Source: Bryobacterales bacterium
GTDB lineage: Bacteria > Acidobacteriota > Terriglobia > Bryobacterales > Bryobacteraceae
Direction: 5' to 3'
NCBI GenBank assembly: GCA_963818855.1
Contig: CAWFUH010000002.1
Span: 298,471-362,470, forward strand
Length of the DNA: 64,000 bases
Shown piece after piece: positions 27,751 through 37,491 of the stretch; the first letter of the stretch is position 1, and each line of letters starts with the position of its first letter. The translations under genes and the position numbers were made by a program. A model generated the notes under the pieces. That model did no database searches and was not told where the DNA came from. It was given only the letters and a program-made list of their open reading frames with translations.

Positions 27751-27905
27751 TTGTGCACCTCCCTATCTCAAACGCACATATGGCGTACCGGGTTGCGGTG
27801 AAGGTGCCAAATTGAACGGGATTTAATGTCCACGGTCCGTTTGGCATGACCGTTTGCATTCGGCTTCCGCCGCGATAGATAATATCCGGAACACGGAGGC
27901 ACCCT

Positions 27906-28523
27906 ATGACAAAACGCATTCTCCTGGCCGGATTGCTGGGCGGAATCGCCATGTACGTCTGGACGTCAGTGGCCCATCTCGCGCTACCTTTGGGCCAAGC
28001 TGGAATCAAAGAGATTCCGAACGAAACCGCGGTACTCAGCGCCCTGAGATCGTCGCTGGGCGAGAGTGCCGGCTTGTACTTCTTCCCCGGCACGGGACTC
28101 GGCCCGGATGCCACGGCGCAACAGAAGCAAGCCGCCATGCAGCAGCAGGAGCAGAGGGTGGCTACCGAACCGGGGGGCATCCTGATGTACAATCCTCCGG
28201 GGGCGCTGGCTTTCTCGCCCAGTAAGTTGATCATCGAGTTTGTAAAGGAGCTGATCCAAGCGTTGCTGGTAGTAATTCTGCTGGCCCAGACCCGACTGGC
28301 GAGCTTTGCCGCGCGTCTTGGATTTGTGGTTATGGCAGGCGTGATGGTGGCTATCGGAACGAATGTGTCCTATTGGAACTGGTACGGCTTCCCAACGACA
28401 TACACTCTCGCATACATTACGACAGAAATCGTGGGATTCGTTTGCGTCGGGCTGATCGCTGCCGCCATCATCAAGCCGGATCAAGCCGGCGCGATGAATG
28501 CGCCACCCCAGGCGAGGGGGTAA
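27906..28523 (+). CDS. Integral membrane protein of unknown function
   Basis: 205 aa with about four predicted TM helices. SD GGAGG upstream. Confidence 0.6.
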   Translation: MTKRILLAGLLGGIAMYVWTSVAHLALPLGQAGIKEIPNETAVLSALRSSLGESAGLYFFPGTGLGPDATAQQKQAAMQQQEQRVATEPGGILMYNPPGALAFSPSKLIIEFVKELIQALLVVILLAQTRLASFAARLGFVVMAGVMVAIGTNVSYWNWYGFPTTYTLAYITTEIVGFVCVGLIAAAIIKPDQAGAMNAPPQARG

Positions 28524-28552
28524 GATAGTCTGTTCCAATTGGGGAGGATTCC

Positions 28553-29839
28553 ATGCAATTATCGCGGCGGGATTATCTGGCGCTGCTCGGCGCCGGCGCG
28601 GCATTAGCGGCCACACCCGGCGGCGATGCGGACCGCGAGCAGCGCATGCAATGGTGGCACCAGGCCAGATTCGGCATGTTCATCCACTGGGGCCTTTACA
28701 GCGTGCTGGGACGCCACGAGTGGGCCATGGAGGAGGAGGGCATTCCGGTGGCCGAATATCAACTGCTGGCCAAGCGCTTCACACCCAAGCCGAACGCCGC
28801 GCGCGACTGGGCGCGGCTGGCCAAACAGGCCGGCCAAAAATACATGGTGATGACCACCAAGCATCACGAAGGTTTCTGCCTGTTCAACACCCAGTACACC
28901 GACTATTGCGCGCCCAAACAAGCCTGCGGCCGCGACCTGGTGAAGGAGTTCGTGGAAGCCGTCCGCGGCGAGGGGCTGCGCGTGGGTTTTTATCATTCCC
29001 TGATGGACTGGCATCATCCCGATGGCGCGCGCTGCCTGCATGACGAAGACGCGCGCCGCCGGTTCGTCGATTACGTGCATGGTGAGATCCGCGAGTTGAT
29101 GACCAATTACGGCAAGATCGACGTGCTGTGGTATGACGTGGACTGGCCGCTGGACGCCGCCGGATGGGAATCCGAAAAGATGAACAAGATGGTGTTCGAC
29201 CTGCAGCCCGGCATCATCGTGAATAACCGCAACGGACTGCCGGGCGACTTCTCCACGCCGGAGCAGGAAATCAGCGCGGCGAAGGGAGGGCGCGCCTGGG
29301 AGTCGTGCATGACCATGAACGATAGCTGGGGATACCAGGCGGCCGACGATGCCTGGAAGACGCCCAAACAGATTGTGCGCAACCTGGGTTTGTGCGCGCG
29401 GGATGGCGGGAATTACCTGTTGAATATCGGTCCCCGCGGCGACGGTTCGATTCCCGAGGATTCGGTGCGAATTCTAAGTGAAGTGGGCCGCTGGGTGGAG
29501 CGCAACGGCCAGACCATCTACCAGGCGGAACCCTGCCGCGTGCATTCATCCGAATTCGCCGGCTTTACCCGCAAAGGCAACACGCTTTATATGCACGTGC
29601 ATTTCTGGCCCGGCGAAACGGTCGCGCTCGGCGGGTTGAAGACCAAGGTGGTCTCCGCCAAGCTACTGGCCAGCGGACAGGCGGTGGAATTCGAGCAGGA
29701 GCAGTTCCGCGTGCGTTTCAAAGGTCTGCCGAAGACTGCGCCGGACCATCCGGTGACCGTGCTGGCCATCGAATGCGATGCCGAACCGGTGCAGGATACG
29801 GGCGCGGTGCGGCGTGAGCGGCCGCGATTGAAGGCGTAG
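28553..29839 (+). CDS. Alpha-L-fucosidase (GH29), Tat-exported
   Basis: Tat signal SRRDYLALLGAGAALAA. FGMFIHWGLYSV and YMVMTTKHHEGFCLFNT. Confidence 0.9.
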   Translation: MQLSRRDYLALLGAGAALAATPGGDADREQRMQWWHQARFGMFIHWGLYSVLGRHEWAMEEEGIPVAEYQLLAKRFTPKPNAARDWARLAKQAGQKYMVMTTKHHEGFCLFNTQYTDYCAPKQACGRDLVKEFVEAVRGEGLRVGFYHSLMDWHHPDGARCLHDEDARRRFVDYVHGEIRELMTNYGKIDVLWYDVDWPLDAAGWESEKMNKMVFDLQPGIIVNNRNGLPGDFSTPEQEISAAKGGRAWESCMTMNDSWGYQAADDAWKTPKQIVRNLGLCARDGGNYLLNIGPRGDGSIPEDSVRILSEVGRWVERNGQTIYQAEPCRVHSSEFAGFTRKGNTLYMHVHFWPGETVALGGLKTKVVSAKLLASGQAVEFEQEQFRVRFKGLPKTAPDHPVTVLAIECDAEPVQDTGAVRRERPRLKA

Positions 29840-29855
29840 GCGGGCGCGTTCCGTT

Positions 29856-31245
29856 ATGGGGATTGCCAAAGAATACAGCCTCGTGCCACGGGCCGTTCCG
29901 TGCGTCGAAACGCCATTCCGCCGGATCGTAACGGATTTGCCGGTGCCCGAGTCGCTACCTATATTGGAGCGCCTGCACGCATACGAACCGGTCGCAATGC
30001 GCGGGCAGCCGCCCATTGTCTGGGATCGCGCCGAAGGCTTTCAGGTTTTCGATGCTTGGGGCAACCAGTGGATCGATTGGTCCGCCGGGGTGCTGATCGC
30101 CAACGCCGGCCATGGCCGGCAGGAGATTGTCGACGCCATCGCGGCGCAGGCCAACGCGCGTCTGCTCACGAATTATTGCTTTCCGAGTGAAATCCGCGCG
30201 CGCCTGGTGGAAAAGCTGGCCTCCATTCTGCCCGCGCCGCTGAAGAAAGTCTTCCTGCTGACCACCGGCTCGGAAACCGTGGAGACCGCCATCAAGCTGT
30301 GCCGCACGCACGGTGTCAAATGCGGCGGACGCTCGAAAAACGTCATCGTCTCCTTCGACCAGGCATTCCACGGCCGCACGCTGGGCGCGCAACAGGCGGG
30401 CGGAATCCCTGCGCTGAAGGAATGGATCGTGAATTTTGACGCGGGCTTCATGCAAGTACCGTTTCCGGATGGCTATCGCACGCCGGACACTTCCTTCGCG
30501 CTTATTCGAGCGCAGCCTGCGCGACCATGCCATCGAACCGCAGAACGTGGCTGGCGTAATGATCGAGACTTACCAGGGCGGTAGCGCCGCTTTTGCGCCC
30601 GCCGCTTACATGCGCGATTTACGGTCTTGGTGCAGCGGGCACAAAGCGCTGCTGGTGTGCGACGAAGTGCAGGCCGGCTTCGGCCGCACGGGTACGCTTT
30701 GGGGATTCGAGCACTACGGCATCGTTCCGGACCTGGCGCTCTTCGGAAAGGGCATATCGAGTTCGCTGCCGCTGGCCGCGGTGGCCGGGCGTCCCGATGT
30801 GATGGATCTGCAGCCCGCCGGCAGCATGACCTCGACGCATACCGGCAATCCGGTCTGTTGCGCCGCGGCGCTGGCTTCCATCGATTTAGTGCTGCGCGAG
30901 AATCTCGCGGAGAACTCCCGCCGCGTGGGCGCGGTGTTGCATCAGAAACTGTGCGCGCTGGCAGCCCGCACGCCGCAGATCGGGCGCGTGGATGGCAAAG
31001 GACTGGTGGCCGGCATCGCGTGTGTGATCCCCGGAACGAAAGAGCCGGATGCCGCGCTGGCCTGGGATGTGGTACGGCGCGCGGTGGAGAAGGGCGTTCT
31101 GATGTTCGCCCCGGTGGGACATGGCGGCGCCACCATCAAAATCTGCCCGCCGCTGGTGATCACCGAGGCCGCGATCCTCGATAGTATGGCCGGCTTTGAG
31201 GAGGCGTTCGCGGAAGCCCTGGGCGCGCGGGCCGCGGCTGCGTAA
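29856..31245 (+). pseudogene. Class-III (PLP-dependent) aminotransferase with a single +1 frame disruption near 30495-30505
   Basis: ORF 29856..30584 carries the N-terminal half (GNQWIDWSAGVLIANAGHG, LTTGSETVETAIK, SFDQAFHGRT). ORF 30436..31245 in the next frame carries the rest (VAGVMIETYQGG, LLVCDEVQAGFGRTG, GKGISSSLPLAA). The sensible join is ...PDTSFA/LFERSL.... Confidence 0.8.
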
Positions 31246-32435
31246 TGGCCGGCCCCGAAGTCCTGATCGTGGGCGGCGGCATGATCACGCACGATCAACT
31301 GCTGCCCTCGCTCTATCATATGCAGCGGCAGGGCCGGATCGGGGCACTGGCGGTGTGCGCGTCGCGATTCAGCACGGTGGAGGCGCTGGCAGGCGCTGAA
31401 ACGCTGCTGCGCGCCTTTCCCGGACAATCGTTCCGCGCCTGGCCGGACCGCGCCGGGGCGCCGCAGCCGGAGTTGTATCGCGAAGCCATCGCCGCGCTTG
31501 CGCCGCGCCAGATCGTGGTGGTGGCGGTGCCCGATCAACTGCATTATGAAGTGGTGATGGCCGCGCTGGCCCGCGATCAACATGTGCTGTGCGTCAAACC
31601 GCTGGCGCTCTTATACCGGCATGCGGTAGAGATCGAGAGGGCCGCCCGCGCCCGCAAGCTGCTGGTAGCCGTCGAATATCACAAAAGATTCGACGACCGC
31701 AGCCTGCTGGCCCGCCGCAAATATCGTGCGGGCATGTTCGGCGAATTCCGCCTGGGGTCGGCGCGGCTGTTCGAGAAATGGTATTACCGCCACTCTAATT
31801 TCCAGAATTGGATGACTGCCGAACATTCCGATGCCTTCACGTATATCGGCTGCCATTACGTGGACCTGGTTCATTTCATTACCGGCCTGCTGCCGGTTGC
31901 GGTCAGTGTGTATGGTGTGCGCGACCGTTTTCCTAATGGGAACGAAGGCTTTCTCTGGACTGATGCGCGCGTGATCTGGAGCAACGGCGCGTGCCTGAAT
32001 GTGCAGAACGGCCTCGGCTTTCCGGACGACGCTCCGGGCACAAATACGCAGGGCCTGACGCTCTATTGCGGTGGCGATGACAGGGGCGGGTTGCTGGAGC
32101 ACTCGGATCAGTATCGAGGCCTGAAGTACAGTTACACGAGTAAACCGGATTCGCCGGGTGCAACTGTCTACGCCGAGCCTAGCCCGGATTACTTCCAGTA
32201 TGTGGACTTAGGCGGCGGGGGACTGACTCCGACCGGTTATGGCTATCGCTCAGTGGAGCACATAGTATCGAGCATCATGCGGGTGGAATCCGAGCCGGAG
32301 TTATTCGACGAAATCGAACGTGCCGGACTAATCGCCACAGCGCGTAACAGCAGCTATAACGAGCGGGTGATCGAAGCAGGCCGCCGGTCGATCCTGAGCG
32401 GCGGCCGGGAAGTGACATTGGAGGGCGGGCTTTAG
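31245..32435 (+). CDS. Gfo/Idh/MocA family oxidoreductase
   Basis: Rossmann start VLIVGGGMI. VVVAVPDQLHYEVVMAALARDQHVLCVKPL. Its ATG overlaps the aminotransferase stop (TAATG). Confidence 0.8.
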   Translation: MAGPEVLIVGGGMITHDQLLPSLYHMQRQGRIGALAVCASRFSTVEALAGAETLLRAFPGQSFRAWPDRAGAPQPELYREAIAALAPRQIVVVAVPDQLHYEVVMAALARDQHVLCVKPLALLYRHAVEIERAARARKLLVAVEYHKRFDDRSLLARRKYRAGMFGEFRLGSARLFEKWYYRHSNFQNWMTAEHSDAFTYIGCHYVDLVHFITGLLPVAVSVYGVRDRFPNGNEGFLWTDARVIWSNGACLNVQNGLGFPDDAPGTNTQGLTLYCGGDDRGGLLEHSDQYRGLKYSYTSKPDSPGATVYAEPSPDYFQYVDLGGGGLTPTGYGYRSVEHIVSSIMRVESEPELFDEIERAGLIATARNSSYNERVIEAGRRSILSGGREVTLEGGL

Positions 32436-32458
32436 CCGGCGCGGGGCTTTAGCCCCGC
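32417..32458 (+). repeat. REP-like double-hairpin element
   Basis: ATTGGAGGGCGGGC-ttta-GCCGGC, then GCGGGGC-ttta-GCCCCGC. It contains the TAG stop (32433-32435) of the oxidoreductase gene. Confidence 0.85.
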
Positions 32459-32501
32459 CTGAGCCGCGAGCAAAACGTTCGGTGCATACTACAATCGTTT
32501 C

Positions 32502-33545
32502 GTGAGCAAACGACGGATTTTGGTAACGGGCGGGGCGGGCTATATCGGGTCGCACACGGCGCGGATGCTGTTGCGGCGCGGCTATGACGTCACTGTGGTG
32601 GACGATCTTTCGCGTGGGTACCGGCACAACGTGGAGACGCCAATTTTCCATCAAATGCGCGTGCAGCAGACCGATGAACTGGCGGAGGTGCTGGCCGGAC
32701 ATGACGCAGTGATTCACTTTGCGGCGTTTATCTCGGTGGGCGAATCGATGCAGGCGCCGGAGATGTATTTCGAGAACAACACGGCGGGGTCGCTGTCGGT
32801 GGCGATGGCGATGCTGCGGGCAGGCGTGAAGCACCTGGTATTCTCCTCGACCGCCGCGGTATATGGCATACCGCAGACTTCGCCGATTCCGGAGAGCGCG
32901 GCCATCTTGCCGGTGAATCCGTACGGCGAATCGAAGGTTATGGTGGAGACGATGCTCCGCTGGTTCGATAGCATACACGGGCTGCGCAGCGTATGTTTGC
33001 GCTACTTTAACGCTTGCGGAGCAGACCCGGCGGGTGGGCTGGGCGAGGAGCACGATCCCGAGACGCATCTGCTTCCGCTGATGCTGCGGGCGGTCGCGAC
33101 GGGCGAGCCGTTTACCGTGTTTGGAACCGACTACAATACGCCGGATGGCACTTGCATACGGGATTACATTCACGTGAACGATCTGGCGGAAGCGCATATT
33201 CTGGCGCTGGAGGCGCTGCTGGCAGGCGGCGCATCGGATCAGTTCAACGCAGGCATTGGAAGCGGGCATTCGGTGCTGGAGATGATTCGCAGTGTGGAGG
33301 AAGTGACTGGACGGAAGGTGCCATATAAGAAGGGTGCGCGGCGGGAAGGCGATCCGCCGGCGCTGGTGGCGAATGCGGACAAACTGCGGAGAGTGTTAGG
33401 TTGGAAGCCGAAGTATGAGGCGGTGCGGGAGATCGTGGCCACGGCTTGGAAGTTTGAGATCGCTACGCGCGCACGGGGCCGGGGGCCAGGGGACGGGGGG
33501 CGGGGTTGTGTTTCTCCCACCCAGTCCGGGGAGCATGAACAATGA
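32502..33545 (+). CDS. galE: UDP-glucose 4-epimerase
   Basis: ILVTGGAGYIGSH, SSTAAVYG, YGESK and RYFNACGADP. GTG start. Unusual Gly/Arg-rich C-terminal tail encoded by a G-tract. Confidence 0.9.
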   Translation: MSKRRILVTGGAGYIGSHTARMLLRRGYDVTVVDDLSRGYRHNVETPIFHQMRVQQTDELAEVLAGHDAVIHFAAFISVGESMQAPEMYFENNTAGSLSVAMAMLRAGVKHLVFSSTAAVYGIPQTSPIPESAAILPVNPYGESKVMVETMLRWFDSIHGLRSVCLRYFNACGADPAGGLGEEHDPETHLLPLMLRAVATGEPFTVFGTDYNTPDGTCIRDYIHVNDLAEAHILALEALLAGGASDQFNAGIGSGHSVLEMIRSVEEVTGRKVPYKKGARREGDPPALVANADKLRRVLGWKPKYEAVREIVATAWKFEIATRARGRGPGDGGRGCVSPTQSGEHEQ

Positions 33546-34825
33546 AGTGGTTTGCGGCATTTTTATTGGTTGACTGCATGTTTGCACAATCGTCTTATGA
33601 CTTACTGCTGAAGGGCGGCCATGTTATCGATGGCAAGAACAAGATCAGCTCCGTGATGGATGTGGCAATTGCCGATGGTAAAATTGCGGCGGTCGCCGCG
33701 GATATCCCGGCGGCCAAGGCCCTGAAAGTCGTGGATGTCTCCGGGCTGTATGTCACTCCGGGGCTGATCGATATGCATGTGCATGTCTATGCTGGCACCG
33801 GGCAGCGGGGCGCCTATTGCGGCGACAACAGCGTTTACCCGGATGGCTTCACGTTCCGCTCGGGCGTAACCACGGTGGCGGATGCAGGCAGCTCCGGCTG
33901 GCGCAATTTTCCGGATTTCAAGGACCGGGTAATCGACCGCGCGCGTACCCGCGTGTTGGCGTTTCTGAATATCGTGGGCGCCGGAATGGGCGGCGCCGTC
34001 GAACAGGACACCGGCCAGATGGACGCCAAGTCCGCCGCCGATATGGCTATGCAATACAAAGACACGATTGTGGGCATCAAAACGGCGCACTACGCCGGTC
34101 CGGAATGGATAGCCGTGGAGCGGGCAGTGGAAGCGGGCACGCTGGCGAATATCCCGGTGATGGTGGACTTCGGGACCTTCCGGCCGGAGCGCCCGTTTCA
34201 GGATCTGGTGATGAAGAAGCTGCGTCCGGGGGACATCTACACGCACACGTATTTGAGCTGGGTGCCGATGCTGAACGATCACGGGCGGATCCTGCCGTAC
34301 CTGTTCGAAGCGCGGAAGCGTGGGGTGATCTTCGATGTGGGCCACGGAGGCGGCAGTTTCCTGTTCCGACAGGCGGTTCCGGCGATGCGGCAAGGGTTCG
34401 GGCCGGATTCGATTTCGACGGATTTGCATATCGGCAGCATGAACGCGGGCATGAAGGATATGCTGAACGTCATGTCGAAGTTCCTGAATATCGGAATGCC
34501 GCTCGACGAAGTGATCTTGCGGTCGACGTGGACGCCGGCGCGGGAGATCCGGCACGAGGAGTTGGGAAGTTTATCGGTGGGGGCGGCGGCGGATGTGGCG
34601 GTGCTGCGGGTGGAGGAAGGGCATTTCGGATATGTGGACACCTACGGCGCGCGCATGCAGGGCACGCGCAAGCTGGAGTGCGAATTGACGGTGCGCAACG
34701 GGCGCGTGGTGTGGGATCTGAACGGGATTACGCGGGAGGATTGGGAGGGCTTGGGGAACTACCTGGCGCAGGGGGACGGCAGATGGGACGGCACGCTGGC
34801 GGGGGAAGTGCGCAAGAGGAAATAG
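33542..34825 (+). CDS. Amidohydrolase/deacetylase family metallohydrolase (dihydroorotase-like fold)
   Basis: Signal peptide. LLLKGGHVIDG...VTPGLIDMHVHVY metal-binding motif. Confidence 0.8.
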   Translation: MKWFAAFLLVDCMFAQSSYDLLLKGGHVIDGKNKISSVMDVAIADGKIAAVAADIPAAKALKVVDVSGLYVTPGLIDMHVHVYAGTGQRGAYCGDNSVYPDGFTFRSGVTTVADAGSSGWRNFPDFKDRVIDRARTRVLAFLNIVGAGMGGAVEQDTGQMDAKSAADMAMQYKDTIVGIKTAHYAGPEWIAVERAVEAGTLANIPVMVDFGTFRPERPFQDLVMKKLRPGDIYTHTYLSWVPMLNDHGRILPYLFEARKRGVIFDVGHGGGSFLFRQAVPAMRQGFGPDSISTDLHIGSMNAGMKDMLNVMSKFLNIGMPLDEVILRSTWTPAREIRHEELGSLSVGAAADVAVLRVEEGHFGYVDTYGARMQGTRKLECELTVRNGRVVWDLNGITREDWEGLGNYLAQGDGRWDGTLAGEVRKRK

Positions 34826-34829
34826 GCCG

Positions 34830-36143
34830 GTGACGCGGGATCGGCGGTGGGTGCCAGGCGCTGGGTGGTGGGTGCTGGCTTTAGGGACCTGCGGCGTCTC
34901 AGCCTTATCCGGGCAGACTACGCTGACTCTTACCTTGGACGATGCTTTGGCGCGGGCGCGCCAGGTGGCCCAGCAGTATCAGTCGGCGGTGATTACGGCG
35001 GAACTGGCGCGCGAGGACAAGGTGCAGGCCAAGGCGGCGCTGCTGCCCACGGTTACCTGGTTCAACCAATACATCTACACGCAGGGGAACGGCACACCAT
35101 CGGGCATTTTCGTAGCGAATGACGGCGTGCACATCTACAACAATCAGGCGTTGGTGCATGAGGATCTTTTTGCGCCGGGCAAGCGGGCGGACTATCAGCG
35201 GGCCATCGCGGCGGAAGCGGCGGCGCGGGCCAGGGCGGATATCGCGGCGCGGGGAATGGCGGCTACCGTTATACAGAATTACTACACCCTGCTGGCGGCG
35301 CAGCGGAAGTATACGAACGCGCAGCAAAGCCTGAAGGAAGCGCGGGATTTTGCGAACATCACACGCAAGCTGGAGGCGGGCGGCGAGGCCGCGCATTCCG
35401 ACGCGGTGAAGGCGGAGATTCTGCTGGAGCAGCGGCAGCGCGATGTGCAGGATGCGCAACTGGCGATCGAGCGGACGCGGATCGGATTCGCGGTTTTGTT
35501 GTTTACCGACTACACAAAGGAGTTTGCGGTGGAGGATAATCTGGCGACAGCTCCGGTCTTGCCGGTCCGGGCGGACGTGCAGCAGATGGCGGGACGCAAC
35601 AATCCGGACATACGCGCGGCGCAGGCCACCGTGCGGATCGAAGAGTGGGACCTGAAGTCTGCACGGGCGGCCTATTTCCCGATCTTGTCGCTCGACTATT
35701 TTTATGGCATCGACGCCAACCAGTACGCCATCTGGAACCAGCACAATGAGCGCAACCTGGGATCGGTAGCGCAGGCCACCTTGACGATTCCGGTATGGAA
35801 CTGGGGCGCCACGCGGAGCAAGGTGCGGCAGAGCGATCTGCGGCTGCAGCAGGCGCGGTTGGACTTGAGCCTGGCGCAGCGGCAGTTGCTGGCGAATCTG
35901 GACTCGTTCTACCTGGAGGCGGAGGCGGCGCATGCGCAGCTCGATTCATTACGGCGGTCGGAGGAACTGGCGGCGGAGAGTTTGCGGCTGACGCTGCTGC
36001 GGTACCAGGCGGGCGAGGTTACGGTGCTGGAGGTGGTGGATGCGCAGAGCACCCTGGCACAGGCGCGCAATGCGTACGACGATGGGTTGGTGCGGTATCG
36101 GGTGGGGCTGGCGGCCCTGCAGACTTTGACGGGGGCATTTTGA
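34830..36143 (+). CDS. TolC-family outer membrane efflux protein
   Basis: Two OEP repeats (LTLDDALARARQ...; LSLAQRQLLANLDSFYLE...). First gene of the efflux operon. Confidence 0.85.
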   Translation: MTRDRRWVPGAGWWVLALGTCGVSALSGQTTLTLTLDDALARARQVAQQYQSAVITAELAREDKVQAKAALLPTVTWFNQYIYTQGNGTPSGIFVANDGVHIYNNQALVHEDLFAPGKRADYQRAIAAEAAARARADIAARGMAATVIQNYYTLLAAQRKYTNAQQSLKEARDFANITRKLEAGGEAAHSDAVKAEILLEQRQRDVQDAQLAIERTRIGFAVLLFTDYTKEFAVEDNLATAPVLPVRADVQQMAGRNNPDIRAAQATVRIEEWDLKSARAAYFPILSLDYFYGIDANQYAIWNQHNERNLGSVAQATLTIPVWNWGATRSKVRQSDLRLQQARLDLSLAQRQLLANLDSFYLEAEAAHAQLDSLRRSEELAAESLRLTLLRYQAGEVTVLEVVDAQSTLAQARNAYDDGLVRYRVGLAALQTLTGAF

Positions 36144-36144
36144 G

Positions 36145-37491
36145 ATGAGCCGGCGCAGCCATTTGTATTGGAGGGCGGGCTTTAGCCGGCGCGGGGCTTC
36201 AGCCCCGCTGCAAAGAGCGGGTCTGGAGACCCGGACCCAGAGGGTACCCCGGCGTAGACGCCTGCCCCACCTTGTCCTGCTGCTGTCGGCATTGGTTCTG
36301 CTGGCGGGGTGCGGGAAGAAGGAGGAGAAAGAGGCGGAGCCGGTCGCGCCGGTGCAAACCGCGGAGGTGCGCACCGATTCGATACGCCGGGTGATCGAAG
36401 CCGATGGGATCCTCTATCCCCGGAACCAGGCTTCGGTGGTGCCGAAGATCAGCGCGCCGGTGAAGACGTTTTATGTGACTCGCGGGGATCATGTGCGCGA
36501 AGGCCAGTTGCTGGCTCTTCTGGAGAACCGCGATCTGGCGGCCGCGGCCGAGGAGAGCAAGGGACAGTTCGACCAGGCGGAAGCGAATTATCGCAGCACT
36601 ACATCGGCGGCAGTGCCGGAACAGGTGGTGAAGGCGCAGACCGACGCGCAGGCCAGCAAGGAGGCCATGGACGCGGCCAAGAAGGTGCTCGACAGCCGGC
36701 AGAAGCTGTTCCAGGAAGGCGCGCTGGCGCGCAAGCTCGTGGACGACGCGCAGGTGGCCTATGTACAGGCGCGCAGCCAGAACGAGGCTGCGCAGCAGCA
36801 TCTGGAAGCCTTGCAGAGCGTGGGCAAAGAGGAGCAGATCAAGTCGGCGGCCGCGCAGGTAGATACGGCGAAGGCGCACTATCAGGGGTCACAGGCGCAG
36901 TTGGCGTATTCGGAAGTGCGCAGCCCGATAGCCGGGGTGATCGCGGACCGCCCCGTGTATCCGGGCGAGATGGCGACGGCCGGAGCGCCGCTATTGACCG
37001 TGATGGATAACACGCGGGTGGTGGCGCGGGCCAATGTGCCGCAGGGGCAGGCCGGCTACCTGAGAGTGGGCGATGCGGCGGCGGTGAAGCAGGCGGACAT
37101 GACGGACGCCGTGGCCGGGAAGGTGATCGTAGTGAGTCCGGCGGTGGACCCGAACAGCACGACGGTGCAGGTTTGGGTGGAGACGGCGAACCCCGGAGAA
37201 CGGCTCAAGCCCGGCGTGTCGGTGCATGTGACGATCGTCGCGCGCACCATCAAGGATGCCCTGGTGGTGCCCGCGGCGGCGCTGCTGCCGGCGGAGGAAG
37301 GCGGCACACAGGCGGACGTGGTGGGCACCGATGGCGTAGTCCATGTGCGCAAGATTGAGACGGGCGTGCGCGATGGGGACAACGTGCAGGTGTTGAGTGG
37401 ATTGAAGCCGGGAGAGCGGGTGGTCACGGTGGGCGGGCTCGGCCTGGAGGATGGCGCCCACGTAAAGGTAGAGCGGGAGAAGGAACGCTAG
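36145..37491 (+). CDS. Efflux RND periplasmic adaptor (MFP/HlyD family) lipoprotein
   Basis: Lipobox LVLLAGCG, coiled-coil hairpin and beta-barrel domains. The only in-frame canonical start upstream of the lipobox is the ATG at 36145, so the REP-like element would be translated. Confidence 0.8.
   Translation: MSRRSHLYWRAGFSRRGASAPLQRAGLETRTQRVPRRRRLPHLVLLLSALVLLAGCGKKEEKEAEPVAPVQTAEVRTDSIRRVIEADGILYPRNQASVVPKISAPVKTFYVTRGDHVREGQLLALLENRDLAAAAEESKGQFDQAEANYRSTTSAAVPEQVVKAQTDAQASKEAMDAAKKVLDSRQKLFQEGALARKLVDDAQVAYVQARSQNEAAQQHLEALQSVGKEEQIKSAAAQVDTAKAHYQGSQAQLAYSEVRSPIAGVIADRPVYPGEMATAGAPLLTVMDNTRVVARANVPQGQAGYLRVGDAAAVKQADMTDAVAGKVIVVSPAVDPNSTTVQVWVETANPGERLKPGVSVHVTIVARTIKDALVVPAAALLPAEEGGTQADVVGTDGVVHVRKIETGVRDGDNVQVLSGLKPGERVVTVGGLGLEDGAHVKVEREKER
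36167..36208 (+). repeat. REP-like double-hairpin element
   Basis: ATTGGAGGGCGGGC-ttta-GCCGGC, then GCGGGGC-ttca-GCCCCGC. Followed by a further small hairpin GGGTCTGGAGACCC (36219-36232). Confidence 0.85.

Noticed and set aside
27842-27858. Sigma-54-like promoter TGGCATgaccgTTTGCA, 48 nt upstream of the membrane protein gene at 27906
   Set aside because: The GG and GC dinucleotides are separated by 11 nt rather than the invariant 10 nt of -24/-12 promoters. No enhancer-binding protein gene is nearby.
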